Below, in pieces: positions 35,839 to 48,471 of a DNA stretch of 59,570 bases; position 1 is the stretch's first letter; every line of letters begins with the position of its first letter. The notes below the pieces were generated by a model, which saw only the letters and a program-made list of their open reading frames with translations, was not told the origin of the DNA and did no database searches. The position numbers and the translations under genes were made by a program. This DNA comes from Podarcis melisellensis (lineage: Eukaryota): the NCBI GenBank assembly GCA_964234715.1, contig OZ174276.1. One strand, written 5' to 3'.

Positions 35839-36246
35839 ATCCTCCTTCCTACATCATCTATTTTTAAAAAATATGTGCTCAACAAGGATTGGAGCCAAGG
35901 AGGACATCCTCATTATCTGTGGTGGGGAAAGGAATTGCCTGTGACTAATATAATTCTTACAGATGGAGTTTCTGCATCAGCTCCACAATCTCCTAGTGAA
36001 CACTGAGGCATGGGCAGAAAATCAGATTAATTATAAGGAAATGAATGGGTGGAATTCACTTTTCCACGAAAGACAGAAGATAAACAGTTGGAAGAACAGG
36101 ATGTAGAGAGGAAAAGAACTGTGCTGTGACAGTGGAAAAGGCTGGTTCACTCTGTTGACAACAGGTGTCAACTGGGTCTCTTGTGGTGGTACTGATTGAT
36201 GCCTGCCGAGACTCTCTGGCAGCTGTGCCATGTCTCATTAGCTCTG

Positions 36247-36601
36247 CCCTGATTGTAAAGATGTAGGAGGATCTTATTGTTCTGTTCACTTCTTAGATTG
36301 AGAAGGCTGCGCAGGGAAGAACATTTCAGAGAGAAAGACCAAGAGAGATGTGGGCATTTGTTGTTCTCTGAGTCAACAACAAAACCAAGAACAGTTGTCC
36401 TAAGTATATGTACTAGGAAGTGGTGTTCCCTGGTTGTAAAGATGTAGGAAGGGCTTATTGTTCTGTTCACTTCTTGAACTGACAAGGTTGTACAGGGGGG
36501 AAATTTCAGAGAGAAAAAACAGGAGAGAGGTGGGCATTTGTTGCTTGCTGAGTCAATGGTGGTGAAACCAAAAGCTGTTATCTTATGCATATGTACTAGG
36601 A
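36247..36601. repeat. Diverged two-copy tandem duplication, period about 181 bp
   Basis: CCCTG.TTGTAAAGATGTAGGA..CTTATTGTTCTGTTCACTTCTT..TGGGCATTTGTTG..TATGTACTAGGA occurs at 36247 and 36428. Confidence 0.9.
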
Positions 36602-38515
36602 TGGGAGTCGTATTAAGCTTATTTGGGTTTACTTGCAGGAAGAAGCTGAAAATCCCTTTCAAGGGGTTAATTTTAGCTCAGGAACAATGCACATACGATA
36701 GGGATATTGGAGAATACCATCAGAAATGGAAATGGGAAACAAAATTGATGCAATTTAAAAGCTCATTGGGGGTCAGGAACTCAAATCTTGCAAGCAAATA
36801 CCAGTGGCACTCACCGCCATTTTGTTTGTGTTTAGCCCACAGACATTATGTAAAAAATTATATTATTTTTTGCATTGTTTTTAATGTTTCCCTTCCATTG
36901 CAATGCATTGAAATTAATTACATAATTAATTCTGTTGGTTCTGGCCATAGCAAATAGCCAGATGAACAACATAGGTTTTAGCAGAAGCTGAACTGCAGTG
37001 GAATGGAAAAGGCACTGGTGATAACCTACAAAGGATTAGACAAAAATTGCTGACTCCTTACATGTCTAGCTGCATCTAACTGCTGACCCTCCATGGTGGG
37101 AGATTCTTGGTCCAGCAGAGGCTTCCATCAACAAAACTGGGAGGCAGTTCTCCTCCTCTCGCAGTTCCTACCATGTCACCTCCCACATTGTTCCTTAGTG
37201 GTTGTTAGTGTAGGGAGCAGCAGGTGGTAAGGGAAATTAGCAAAAATTGCCTCCCTCCCAGTTATGTTGATCAATGCCTTCACTGTGTTAGTGGAGGGAT
37301 GCCAACTGTGTACAACCCACAGATCCTGCTTGCAAGAAGATTTTTACTCGGGTTGCTCTACCAATGAATAATTAAGTCACAGTTATCACAGTTTGTTCCA
37401 CTATATTCCTAGGGAGGGCTTTAGTGAATAGAGATGTGGAATCGTTTCCAAAAGGATTTTTAAAAACAGCCATGCCACCATAATGCCAATGCAGCATAAT
37501 ATGATTCCACATAATGTAACGGAAAATGATCCACTGTCTCTCTGAGATGATGCCAAGCTAAAGAAATTGGTGTGATCAAAAGGGGGTTTAAAAGAACGAA
37601 GGGTAAAAATGCAGAAATATCAGGCTTTCTATTGCCAAAAATACCCCCACAAAAACCAACAACCCAGAAACTTCCCAAACTCACAGAGTTTAATCAGTTT
37701 AAAACAGGGAAATAACTTTTGTGCAAAACGATTTTCAATCCATTCGTTGTCGGGCTGGAATCACTACCAATCAATGTGACTAAATAATGTCTCAATCACA
37801 GGTGGATAAAAAGAGGTAGACTTAATCAAAGCTCACAGCCCTGGCTGTATCACTTGCTGTACTTTCCCAGTCTCTTCCATTGGCATTTCTCCATAGGCAT
37901 AAATTATTTTATCCCCCAGTGGATGAAGGTATGTCTCTATTGGCACAAAAGTCTAGACTAAAGTCATATAAATTACTGTGGCTCAGAGGAACCTGCGGTA
38001 TAGAGCCATAGCATTGCATCTTATAATGTTGGAGCACTGAAGCATTCAGCTTGAAATACGGAACCAAGGAAAGCCATGCATTGCCTCACACCTAGAACTT
38101 TAAGAATAGGTGTCCCCAACCAAAACCAGCTACAGACAACATAATAAGGGAACAATTTTTTTAAAGGAGTCGGCAGGTTGATTCTTTTAGCTTCCTGGGT
38201 TGGGTACCTTCAGTACCAACATTCCTTCCTTTCAATGCCCAACTACTCTCAAGAATTTAAAAGCATGGGATCCCCAGCAGGGATTTGATGGGACTGTGAG
38301 AAATAAGATAGAGGGAGCAAAAACAGCCAGATGTATTTTACTGACAATTGTTAGACTTCCTATGGGTCTCCACATCTGTTGTGTCTTATCCCTGACATAG
38401 ATGCTGCTCAGACTCTGTGGTAGCTATAATCAATGTGCAGATTATATGGTTACGTTCCTGGAGTGAGGTAGTCAGAATTAGAATGTGAATCATTCATGAA
38501 TGAGGATTTCCAGTA

Positions 38516-38741
38516 CAGTGGTACCTCGGGTTACATATGCTTCAGGTTACACACTCCACTAACCCAGAAATAGTGCTTCAGGTTAAGAACTTTGCTTCAG
38601 GATAAGAACAGAAATCGTGCTCCAGTGGCACAGCGGCAGCAGGAGGCCCCATTAGCTAAAGTGGTGCTTCAGGTTAACAACAGTTTCAGGTTAAGAACAG
38701 ACCTCCAGAACGAATTAAGTACTTATCCCGAGGTACCACTG
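38516..38741. mobile_element. Tc1/mariner (Tigger/pogo-like) MITE, 226 bp
   Basis: TIRs CAGTGGTACCTCGGG..CCCGAGGTACCACTG with TA TSD on both sides. Confidence 0.9.
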
Positions 38742-39170
38742 TATTCACATTTTTAAAATATTGGAAAAGATGGTAACACAATCACACACACACCATGGAG
38801 GATTAATAGTTTGATTCTAGACTAGGCAGAGGGCAAATTTAATTATGAGCTTTTACCACAGAATCATTGAATGAATGACCTTGGGGAATGAGTTTGACTT
38901 TGGGTTTCAAACCATGATGTATCGGAGTATTCCTGCCTGCAAGAGCCTTCTGTTATGTCATTCACCTTGAATGCTCAGCTGTGTTGTGTAACATCTGGTC
39001 CTGCAGTCTCATTCTAAAAGACACAAAACTGTGCTCTTGGGGAGGAGGAGGAAGAACCCATGACTATAAGCACAAGCTACTTAATGTATCTTGACATTTC
39101 AGTGTAGAAAACAATATTAACATCTTATAGTAACATTGCTGGTGATCTGCAACTTTGGCATTCTCTAGTG

Positions 39171-39305
39171 CAGGGTTTCCCAACTTGGGTCTCCAGCTGT
39201 TTTTGGACTTCAACTCCCATCATCCCCAGCTAGCAGGACCAGTGGTTGGGGATGATGGGAATTGTAGTCCCAAAACAGCTGGAGACCCAAGTTTGGGAAA
39301 CCCTG
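39171..39305. mobile_element. Palindromic hAT-type MITE
   Basis: CAGGGTTTCCCAA..TTGGGAAACCCTG, almost fully self-complementary; imperfect 8-bp TSD CTCTAGTG/CTCCAGTA. Confidence 0.85.
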
Positions 39306-41969
39306 CTCCAGTAAGTTGAAGAATAAGCTTGGGAAACTGTAACATTCCTCAGCCCAGTAGAAAAGAGAAAGGGGAGGTCAGTTTGGACATTTGACAATGG
39401 CAGGGCTTGCCGATGTACGAGCAACATGCCTCTAATGCTGTATCTGACATAGACCCACAAACTCCAGACTAGCTCTTCTAGAGGAGGCTGGAGGGAACAA
39501 AGCACATGAATTACCCCATTGGGTCAGACCAGGGTCCATTCAGTCCAGCTCACAAACAAAGCATGAATGGCATAGTTGCTATTCCCAGCAGATTCACTCT
39601 CTGTTAAACTTGTCTGGAACTGCATATTACAATTACTGCAAGCAGCAGCCTTCCACCACCACCTCCTTCTCCTCTCTCTCCCTCTTACAATGTTTACTAT
39701 GGCAAAACACATGATATGACATTACTTTACTAAATGTAATGGGAGTGGGAGGATGAGAAGGCACAGAGCTGCCACACAGCCAATGTTGCATGTACTCGTG
39801 GCCTGAAAATGGAGTTTTATCATTCGTTATCATAGACCTGCAAGCTGTTTGATTAGGGGGGATCATTCCAGTTTATTGGCCACCCACCACCTCTTGTGGC
39901 AATTAATTGCATGTGGGGTTGGGGTCCCTGTCATCCATGAACAATTCCATCTCCCTTAATGGGAGATCTGCTCTGGAATTAGATGCAAGGACATGTTCAG
40001 TGTTGTTGGGTAAAGAGACACAAAACAGGGTTCTGTTGCTGTATTCCTCTGATCAGCTGTCCAAGCTAGAAGAGGTAGTCTCAGAGAATTCCCAGGCTGG
40101 GACAGGTTGGGGCATGCAAGGGTGCCTTGCATAGACCAAATCGTGACTTCATGGCCACCATGGAAACCACATGGCTGTCTCACTATATCTCTGGCCTGAA
40201 AAATGTGGCAGGAAATAGTTGTTGCTACAGAGCAGATGATGATGATGGTGGTGATGATGTTGAATCTGCTATTTGGGAGAAGGAGTGATTCGATCACCTC
40301 ATTGTCCTGGCACATCATGTTCAGGTGAGGTTTGGACTGCTGGTGGCTAGTCATCTCTGGAGGATGTTTTTTAGATAGCCTACCTCCACACTTATGGAAT
40401 CTCTGCGATTCCTCTGTGAGAGTTTCTGAGAATCGGTGGGCGTTGGGGTCTCAAATTTCAGCAGTGCCCTGTGCCTCCTGCCTCTCGCCTTCCAGTCTAC
40501 ATCATAGTTGTGGCGGCTCCAAGGCTCTGCACCCAGTGCAACAGAACCAGTCGTGCTCCCCTAAATCTGCCTCTGCGCTGAGCTGAAGCCAGATAACACC
40601 TATTGCTCCCAATATGGGAGTGTCCACTTGCTTTGTAAAAAAGCTGTATACACCAACTCTACTTCAGTCAAAGATTCAGCTTTTCCTAATGATCTAACAA
40701 GCCATGCTGCTGAATTACATTAGCAGATCTGAACTCTCTATCTTCTCTAAATATGTTTTCATCCCCTGGGTCAATACCCAAGGGTGCTGAGATGCCCAAA
40801 ATAGACTAACAGCTGCGGTGGGGGGGGGGCACTATGCTATTTCTAAGTACTTAGGCTTTATCATCGTTTCGTTATTGCAAAATTGGGGCCTGAGTTCTCA
40901 GCCTACTGCTGAGAAAGCAAGAGTTTAGCATGCTTGTTACCGTAGGTTACTGGCTGCTTGCTGAATTTGTTTTTCCTCTCCATTTATTTCCTGAAATGCT
41001 ACAAGGTTAAAAAGCTGCTAAAACATTTCCTTTAGAGGCCCCGTGTGTATCACAAACAGTAGCTAAGTGTTCAAATTACGTTCCTCTAATTTGCCAATGT
41101 TGACATCTCAGGAGATATTGAAGGGGAAAGCTGAGGGCCAGGGCTTACAGTAAACGGAAATGCACACAGATATTGTCTTATTAACTGTGGCATCCTTACA
41201 ATGTGTTGCTGGCAGATGAATAAGTAAGTAGAATACATGGGGTGTGTTCTGGGTGAGAGGATATGGTGAATTGTATCCATGAGTCCAAATTTATCTGCTA
41301 CATTTTGTTGCTTCTGCCTGCACATACACATGGATATAAGGGATGGACCTTCCTTCACTTATTTATTGACAGCTGCACCTGAAATCTGCCGTAATGCATG
41401 AATAATGTTTGCCCTGTTCCCCAGGTAGCAGACCCTACTGCCACTGTCAATCCACAGACACAGTCAGCCTTACAAGCAGCATATCCTTCCCCTCTACCAT
41501 CTATCCTGATTGCCCCTTAGAGATTTTTTAAAAAATATTAAGTGGTTTATAAATGCTTTTAAATAACTAAATAATAATAATAAAGCAAATCATGCAAGAA
41601 GTGCTGTCCTGTCCTCAGCTATCGGCTGTGTGACTCTGTTCAACAGAGCACAACAGTTCATCTGAGCCTGAATAGGTAATATTGACATACTGTTCCCCAT
41701 CAGAAATGTAATGATGAGAAGGGGAGAATAAGGATGGAAGTAACTGATCCCACACTCTGTAGCAAAGAACAGTGCATTCCAAGAGAACAGGACAGAGCCA
41801 GCCTGGGATCAGACTATTCTCAGAGCTGTCGCTGTTGGCTTCATCCAGTTGGCTACTCTTGATGAAACTGGATGCTGAAGTAGACAGGCCCTTGGTCTGA
41901 ACCAGAACGATTCTTCTTAAGTTCTTGTGCTCCTCAGACAAAATGAAGACCTCTGAAGTACCATGCAAG

Positions 41970-41971
<2 letters not shown>

Positions 41972-42017
<46 letters not shown>
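41972..42017. repeat. (TC)n microsatellite
   Basis: Directly visible. Confidence 0.95.
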
Positions 42018-42020
<3 letters not shown>

Positions 42021-42492
42021 CACATACACACAAACTGAAGTGCTTGTAGAATTACCATTGTTTCAAAGACCAGTGTAAAGCACCATAATCTATTTTGGGG
42101 ACAGCCAGCATTTATTGCCATAGAAACTGAAGTGGCAGCCTGGAACCCCTCTGTAAGGGTTGTAATTACTCTTTTAACTTTCAACAGGCTTCAGTGTAAG
42201 CATCACTGTCAACTCCAGAGTAGATGCTGGAGACTTCTGGGCTTTTCACTTTGAATGTTAAATAGATGTTAAAGAAAAATTGCCCTCTTGCGACTAGCCC
42301 TGGTTGTCGAATTAGGCAGTAAAAGCAGTGGAGTGTAATTCTTTACAGGCTAAGCAGGGTTGGTTTTTCATTTTTATTTTTTTAAAAAAGAGGAACCTAA
42401 ACTATATCTCCACCGTGACTGAAGGATGCAGGAAAAAATAAGTACTTTGTTCTTTTGTTCCTCTTCCTGCCTTGCAGGGGGTTGGACTAGAT

Positions 42493-42628
42493 CAGGCACC
42501 CCCAAACTCGGCCCTCCAGATGTTTTGGGACTACAACTCCCATCATCCCTAGCTAACAGGACCAGTGGTCAGGAATGATGGGAATTGTAGTCCCAAAACA
42601 TCTGGAGGGCCGAGTTTGGGGGTGCCTG
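42493..42628. mobile_element. Palindromic hAT-type MITE inserted in a CR1-like tail
   Basis: CAGGCACCCCCAAACTCGGCCCTCCAG..CTGGAGGGCCGAGTTTGGGGGTGCCTG; 8-bp TSD GACTAGAT/GACTAGAC. Confidence 0.9.
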
Positions 42629-43828
42629 GACTAGACGATCCCTTCCAGCTCTACAAGTCTATGATTCTAGGGCTAATATAACCATATCACTCCATTCCCC
42701 AGCTTTCAATGACTGTGTCACGGTCTGGTGAAAGAAAAAAGTACAGTAGAAACAAAAGGTGGATGAAAGAAGCAAAAAGTTTAAAGGAAAACCTGTGTTT
42801 CAGTGGCTGCTACTTGGAGGGTAGGTGGCGGCGGCGGCGACAGGGACCTCAGTTTTATCACCCCTTGGAAACATTGGGTTCCATCTTCCATCTAAGGTGC
42901 CCATTTGTCCTGCTTTACAGAGGACAGCCCTCTGTTTCATGGGCTACTCTCCATTTGAAGGAGTCCTCTATTTGAAGGGATGTCCCAGTCCAAGATAAAG
43001 AACCAAAAGAAAAGGGAGAGCACTTTCCCTAAAATGTTCTCTCGCTTTTTGCTACACTTTGGCCGGATTCCGTGAAGTGCAGGAACTGTGAAACAGATAG
43101 TTTCACATTGAGATGCAAACAATATTCCATTTCTCCCTTGCCCCTACGCTGGTATGGCAAGATGTGCTGTATATGCTTCTTCCACATGGCCTGCAGCTTT
43201 CGACATTAGCTTTGCAGAATGAAGAAGGAGCTGTGCAGAACATATGAGAAGCAGACTTGTAGTAGCTGCAGAGGAAATAGAATGCAATTTTGGATGTGAA
43301 ATTGAGAATGCGTTTCCCTGACTTCCAGAGTTGATCCTACCATCTCAGTAGGTTTCTTTAATCCTTTTTATACTCAGTTCTGCTGTTGGCCTTCTTTTTA
43401 TTTTTATTAAAACCAGCAGTTGCATACTCCTGCAATCATTTATCAGGAACCTAATCCCTAATCCTTATCACGTGTGCTTCGCATTCTCCCTCAACAACTA
43501 GCATTAAAAGAGGGAAAAACGTAGTCATGCGGCAAGACATTATTATGCAAAATCCCTTGATACCACTTGTCAATATATGCTCCTGGGGTCATTAAAAAAT
43601 TCTGTTACCTTGAATCCACAAGAGGAACTGAACAGTAAAAGGGGGGGGGACAGGTCTATGGTGGGGGTTTTTAGATCAATGCACTTGATATGGTCACCCT
43701 CTCAATCAATCAATCAACATTTCTTTATTGCACAGCATGAAAAATGCCTTACAACTAGTCAGAAATATTCAGAGAAATGCACAGTAATATGACCCATATT
43801 ATCAATATCAATAAAACCAGCTCACCCT

Positions 43829-43999
43829 CAGTGGCAGAGCTACAAGCTCCAGCAGGGGGGGGGAGCAGGTGGGGGCGTGGCTGGCGCATGTCCCAGGGGC
43901 GTGGTGCACCGCCCGCGGGGGCATGGTGTCCAGAGTGGGGGCAGCCACGATAGCACCCCACCAGGATCGTGCCCCTGCACCCCTGTTCCTCTGCCAGTG
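43829..43999. mobile_element. GC-rich hAT MITE
   Basis: CAGTGGCAGAG..CTCTGCCAGTG termini; perfect 8-bp TSD CTCACCCT. Confidence 0.88.
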
Positions 44000-44072
44000 C
44001 TCACCCTCTCAGTATTGATGACCCAAAAAAGGTGGCATTTAAGCATCTTTGACCAAATTTACTGCCTTGATT

Positions 44073-44804
44073 GCGGGTGGCGCTGTGGGTTAAACCACAG
44101 AGCCTAGGACTTGCCGAACAAAAGGCTGGCGGTTCGAATCCCCGCAACGGGGTGAGCTCCCGTTGCTCAGTCCCTGCTCCTGCCAACCTAGCAGTTTGAA
44201 AGCACGTCAAAGTGCAAGTAGATAAATGTTAGGATATTCCGTTCCACCTTAAAAAGGGGACAGGCTGTTGTGAGTCACAGTCTACGTATTTCCTGTTCAC
44301 AGGATGTTTCTGTTTTGTCTATAGCTGTTGTTGTCTCTCTCTGCGCCTGGACATCGAAGCAGGCAGTCATGTTGTTTTTCCCTTTGTTCTGACCAATGCT
44401 GAATAAAGTTGTAAATAATGCTCTCCTGAGTGCATCTTTCATTGTGCGAACTCTGCAAAGGGCGTGCACAAGCTCTGGAATGTGGAATGCTGTTTCTGAG
44501 GCTTGTGTCACTAATTGACTGATACTGTACCTACGGGAGACCGATGGATCGTCCGGAATCGACGTGGAGGCATGATGGCCTTTGTCTCCCTGGCAGTATC
44601 CCAACAATAAATAGGTACCACTCTCGAAGGAAGGTAAACGGCGTTTTCCGTGTGCTGCTCTGGTTCGCCAGAAGCGGCTTTGTCATGCTGGCCACATGAC
44701 CTGGAAGCTGTACGCCGGCTCCCTCGGCCAATAAAGCAAGATGAGCACTGCAACCCCAGAGTCAGCCACGACTGGACCTAATGGTCAGGGGTCCCTTTAC
44801 CTTA
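44073..44804 (+). mobile_element. Sauria SINE (second subfamily) interrupted by a solo LTR
   Basis: Head at 44073-44226 and body at 44607-44804 rejoin at the duplicated ATAAA; tail GGGGTCCCTTTACCTTA. Confidence 0.9.
44227..44606. mobile_element. Solo LTR (380 bp) inserted in a Sauria SINE
   Basis: Termini TGTTAGGATA...TATCCCAACA (9/10 inverted match), 5-bp TSD ATAAA, internal AATAAA at about 44402. Confidence 0.85.
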
Positions 44805-45401
44805 CTGAGAGGTTTAACAGATCCGTCTGCCGTAACTGAACTGGAAATACGATATGTCTTAAAGATAGAAGCTCTGCTTGCATGGACAGTGACATTCACC
44901 ACATATTGTGAGCAATGGTGCAATGCAGGTGGTACACAAGGGGACTTTTCTCATTAGCAATCATGCAATCTTCTGGGGCGCCAGTGTATTTGACAGACGT
45001 TCCAAGTTAATGAGCATTGCAAGTTCCGAGATGAGAGAGAGAGAAAATCAGAGAATGAGGAATAAATGAAGCAGAGGCTAAGCGCTGCTATCATTTTCTT
45101 GGACGAGGTTCCTACTTCATGCTAATGGTTTAATTAGTAACAGTTCCTCAAAGAATTGTTTGCATTTCTGATTAAAAGCTAATCTTCAGAAGCATAGGAG
45201 CCAACTCCTAGGGGTCGAGGGGCCTTCGCCCCCACCCCAATAAAATATTTGAGGGCACGTCCCTCCCCCAAATATTTGAGGGCACGTCCCTCCCCCAAAT
45301 TGATGGACATTCCCATTCAAATGCTGTGTGTGTGCTGTGTCATGTGATTGATTATGCGGGGTGGGATTTCCCTGCCACCCCTCCCCCAATATTTTATTCA
45401 A

Positions 45402-45667
45402 GAAACAGAATCAGAATAATCTTTATTTGCATCAGCCACTAGCCATAAAATAAAATAAAATGTACTGAAGATAGACATAAAATGTTAACTATACAAAATA
45501 CATTTTGGAGGTTTACGTCAATAATTAAATAATAGATCTTATTCTAATCGCCCCCACTAAAAACCTTGCCGTTTTTGCTGTCCCCTGATCATCTTGATCT
45601 GTTAAAAGATAGGAATCAGTAGCAATGGTTGAGTGACTTGGCATGGACAATAATAGAGAGGTAATAA
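45402..45667 (-). mobile_element. 5'-truncated RTE-X-like LINE 3' end (different family from the 29917 element)
   Basis: Minus strand encodes ..SYLLTDQDDQGTAKTARFLVGAIRIRSII*, similar to ORF2 C-terminus RYLLNDDDPLRSLMVARFLISVL. Ends TGGCTAGTGGCTGATGCAAATAAAG plus an (ATTCTG)n-like tail. Confidence 0.65.
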
Positions 45668-45972
45668 CTTGCCGATCAAAAGGTTGGCGGTTCAAATCCC
45701 TGCAACGGGGTGAGTTCCCATTGCTCGGTCCCTGCTCCTGCCAACCTAGCAGTTCGAGCACGTCAAAGTGCAAGTAGATAAATAGGTACCGCTCCGGCGG
45801 CAAGGTAAACGGTGTTTCTGTGCACTGCTCTGGTTCGCCAGAAGCGGCTTAGTCATGCTAGCTACATGACCCGGAAGCTGTATGCAGGCTCCCTCAGCCA
45901 ATAAAGCGAGATGAGCACCGCAACCCCCACGACTGGACCTAATGGTCAGGGGTCCCTTTACCTTTACCTTTA
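45668..45972 (+). mobile_element. Sauria SINE, 5'-truncated
   Basis: Starts at CTTGCCGATC; body matches the 44073 subfamily; (CCTTTA)n tail. Confidence 0.88.
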
Positions 45973-47539
45973 ACCTATCTCCTCAAATCTTTATAAAGTG
46001 TGCAAGCCAGAAGCACATGAGCCAGACTCAATATTTTATTCAAGTTGTCACCCCTGTTCAGAAGACTGCATTCCAGCCACACAAAAGTCAAAGGTTTCTT
46101 CATACAAAGACACACGCACACATCAGTATCACTGTTCATTGCTGAGGAGGTTGTGGATCAGGGTGGCTAAGGGCATGTTCAGGAGAGAGTAGGATGGACT
46201 GGGTAGAATCCCAAGGACCACCTAAAGGCCCAAAGAGTTACATTCAGCCCCTGTGCCTGAGATTAGGGAATTCTTGCTTAACAACAAGGATTGCAAACTG
46301 GATTCTTCATAGCACCCCGTGATCTCTAGAAACAGTTTTGTGGCATCTCATTTATTATGGCATAAATTGTAAGCAGGGAAGCCAGAGGTGGATGAAATGC
46401 AAACAGTGACGGACAGTGACGGTACCGTTTTGTGTTTTCATTTCCCTCTGACCTTGTTGCTCACAATTCCCTCCACCTCAACACCATGTGTGCTTAGAAA
46501 AAGAACTTCATGCATTTGATGAAGTGAATTGTTTCCCACAGAAACTTATGCCATAAGCGTGTTACCCTTAAATGTGTGCCAAAACTGTTCCTTTTGCTGC
46601 AACTCAGACTTGGCATGGCTGGCTACCTTTAAATTTCTAATGTCAGAAGAACGCATAAAATTCTGTTACTTGAGAGATCAAATCATCTTGCAGTTACTAA
46701 GAGGACAGGTTGTATGTAATAAATTTTTAAAATGTTTTAATCCATGTAACCTTTAGTATCTCATAAACAGCACAGATGTGGGCCAGAAAGGCTCAGTTTG
46801 AAGAACTTGGATATGTGAAATATATATGCATGAAGTCATAAATGTAATTATCAATATTTCATTATTACATGCTTGTGTATTTATTAATACACTAATACAC
46901 TTCTTTGGAGCACTATGCTCCAAGGAATTCCCTACGATAATATAAAATATAAAAAACAACAAACTAATTACAAAACCATCACATGGCAATAAAGAATTTT
47001 TAAAAGTCATAAATGTCATCAAATCAGCTGTAAGGAAAGAGCCTAAAACAATTCTGCAATATTTCAGAGTTTCAAAGGACTAATTTCTAGCTGCTGTAAT
47101 TAAATTTAAAGGAATTAGTTTTTCCATTAAACCAAATAAATCTAATGTAGCATAATGATGTCTTCTCCAGCAGCGGCTGATCAATAGTTCTCGTGAAGAG
47201 TAGCCAAACACTGCTGAACAGATGGTCATGGCTAAAGCATGGCCAATTAAACTCCTTAGGATGCTTTCACTTAATCAGAGGTTGGGTTTTTAACCCCTTG
47301 AGGTACCAGTTAGTGGCATGTTTGTGTTTATGTAAGTAGATTTCCCTGCAGCTGCTGCTGAGAATTCCATCACCACTACCCATTCCCAGTCCAAGCAAAG
47401 TGCCAAAGTGATGATAAATAGACTTTTAAGGATAACAGACATGGAAAATACAAATGTGTTTTGCGCAAATATAAAACTAACTATATAACCTTCTTAATAT
47501 CTTGATATTCCTGGGTGACGTTGATTTTCTTAATCTGTT

Positions 47540-47945
47540 GTGAGTGGCATCTGATAACACACAAGTCCGGTTAATTAAAAGGGGTTGGTTTATTGCCAAA
47601 CAATACACATCAGCTTGGAGCTCTCTCTCAGAGCAGTGTCCATCACAGTGATGATGACTCGGCTGAAATTTCACTTTCTTTCTTCTCCAGCAAAAATGGA
47701 AGTGTGTCCTTTTCTTATGATGCTGCTTTTCCCGCTCTCTTTCTTGAAGCCTTCCCCTCCTGCGGGTTCGGAAGCTCACAGGCTCCCCTCCTCCTTCTGA
47801 AAAGCTGTCACTTCCGGTCCATTCCCTCGCTCTCTCACATGAACTTTCACTCACTGGCTGCCTACTTGTTCCTCCAGGTTTTTGCATTCTATTGTCTCTC
47901 TCCCCTTTTTCATCCATCTCTGCTGGCATGTCTTCAACAGACAAC
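47540..47945 (-). mobile_element. Probable LTR-type repeat
   Basis: TG..CA-bounded block with purine-rich minus strand and AATAAA near its 3' end; TSD not resolved. Confidence 0.35.
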
Positions 47946-48111
47946 TGCCTATTCTGTGCTGGGGGTTCTTCTATTCCGACCTCTATTTGGTTGGGCTTTC
48001 CAGCTAATTTGGGGTTTGAGTGATGGATTGGCTCAGGCAAGGGAGTGGAATGTAACCTCACTAGTATTTCTAGACAGCTTAGTGGCTTTTGACACCATTG
48101 ACCATTAGATG

Positions 48112-48471
48112 TGGACGCAGGTGGCGCTGTGGGTTAAAGCCTCAGCGCCTAGGACTTGCCGATCGAAAGGTCGGTGGTTCGAATCCCTGCGGCGGGGTGC
48201 GCTCCCGCTGCTTGGTCCCAGCGCCTGCCAACCTAGCAGTTCAAAAGCACCTCCGGGTGCAAGTAGATAAATAGGGACCGCTTACCAGCGGGAAGGTAAA
48301 CGGCGTTTCCGTGTGCAGCTCTGGCTCGCCAGAGCAGCGATGTCACGCTGGCCACGTGACCCGGAAGTGTCTCCGGACAGCGCTGGCCCCTGGCCTCTTA
48401 AGTGAGATGGGCGCACAACCCCAGAGTCTGGCAAGACTGGCCCGTACGGGCAGGGGTACCTTTACCTTTAC
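48112..48471 (+). mobile_element. Sauria SINE, same subfamily as the 6906 copy
   Basis: Near-identical to the 6906-7263 copy (AAAGCCTCAGCGCCTAGG; GGGGTACCTTTACC tail). ATGTGGAC is repeated at both ends. Confidence 0.9.

Larger units (their letters stand above)
29917..35848 (-). mobile_element. Full-length non-LTR retrotransposon (LINE), RTE-X-like, about 5.93 kb, antisense in the CADPS intron
   Basis: Perfect 16-bp TSD CTACATCATCTATTTT at 29901-29916 and 35849-35864. About 540-nt 5'UTR, ORF1, ORF2 (APE-RT-CCHC) and a 3'UTR ending GGCCAATGGCCGTAATAAAGATCAATTC. Clade inferred from the EN segment RLSKDGRVNEAG..LVILNG..GEFTY, RT GVRQGC and the C-terminal CxC..ESLHHIILDC. Confidence 0.95.

Noticed and set aside
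41615-42184. 189-aa ORF with an RE repeat
   Set aside because: Produced by the (TC)n microsatellite and repeat remnants.
47477-48108. 194-aa and 171-aa overlapping ORFs (similarly 54365-54758)
   Set aside because: Low-complexity purine-rich LTR-like repeats with no protein motifs.
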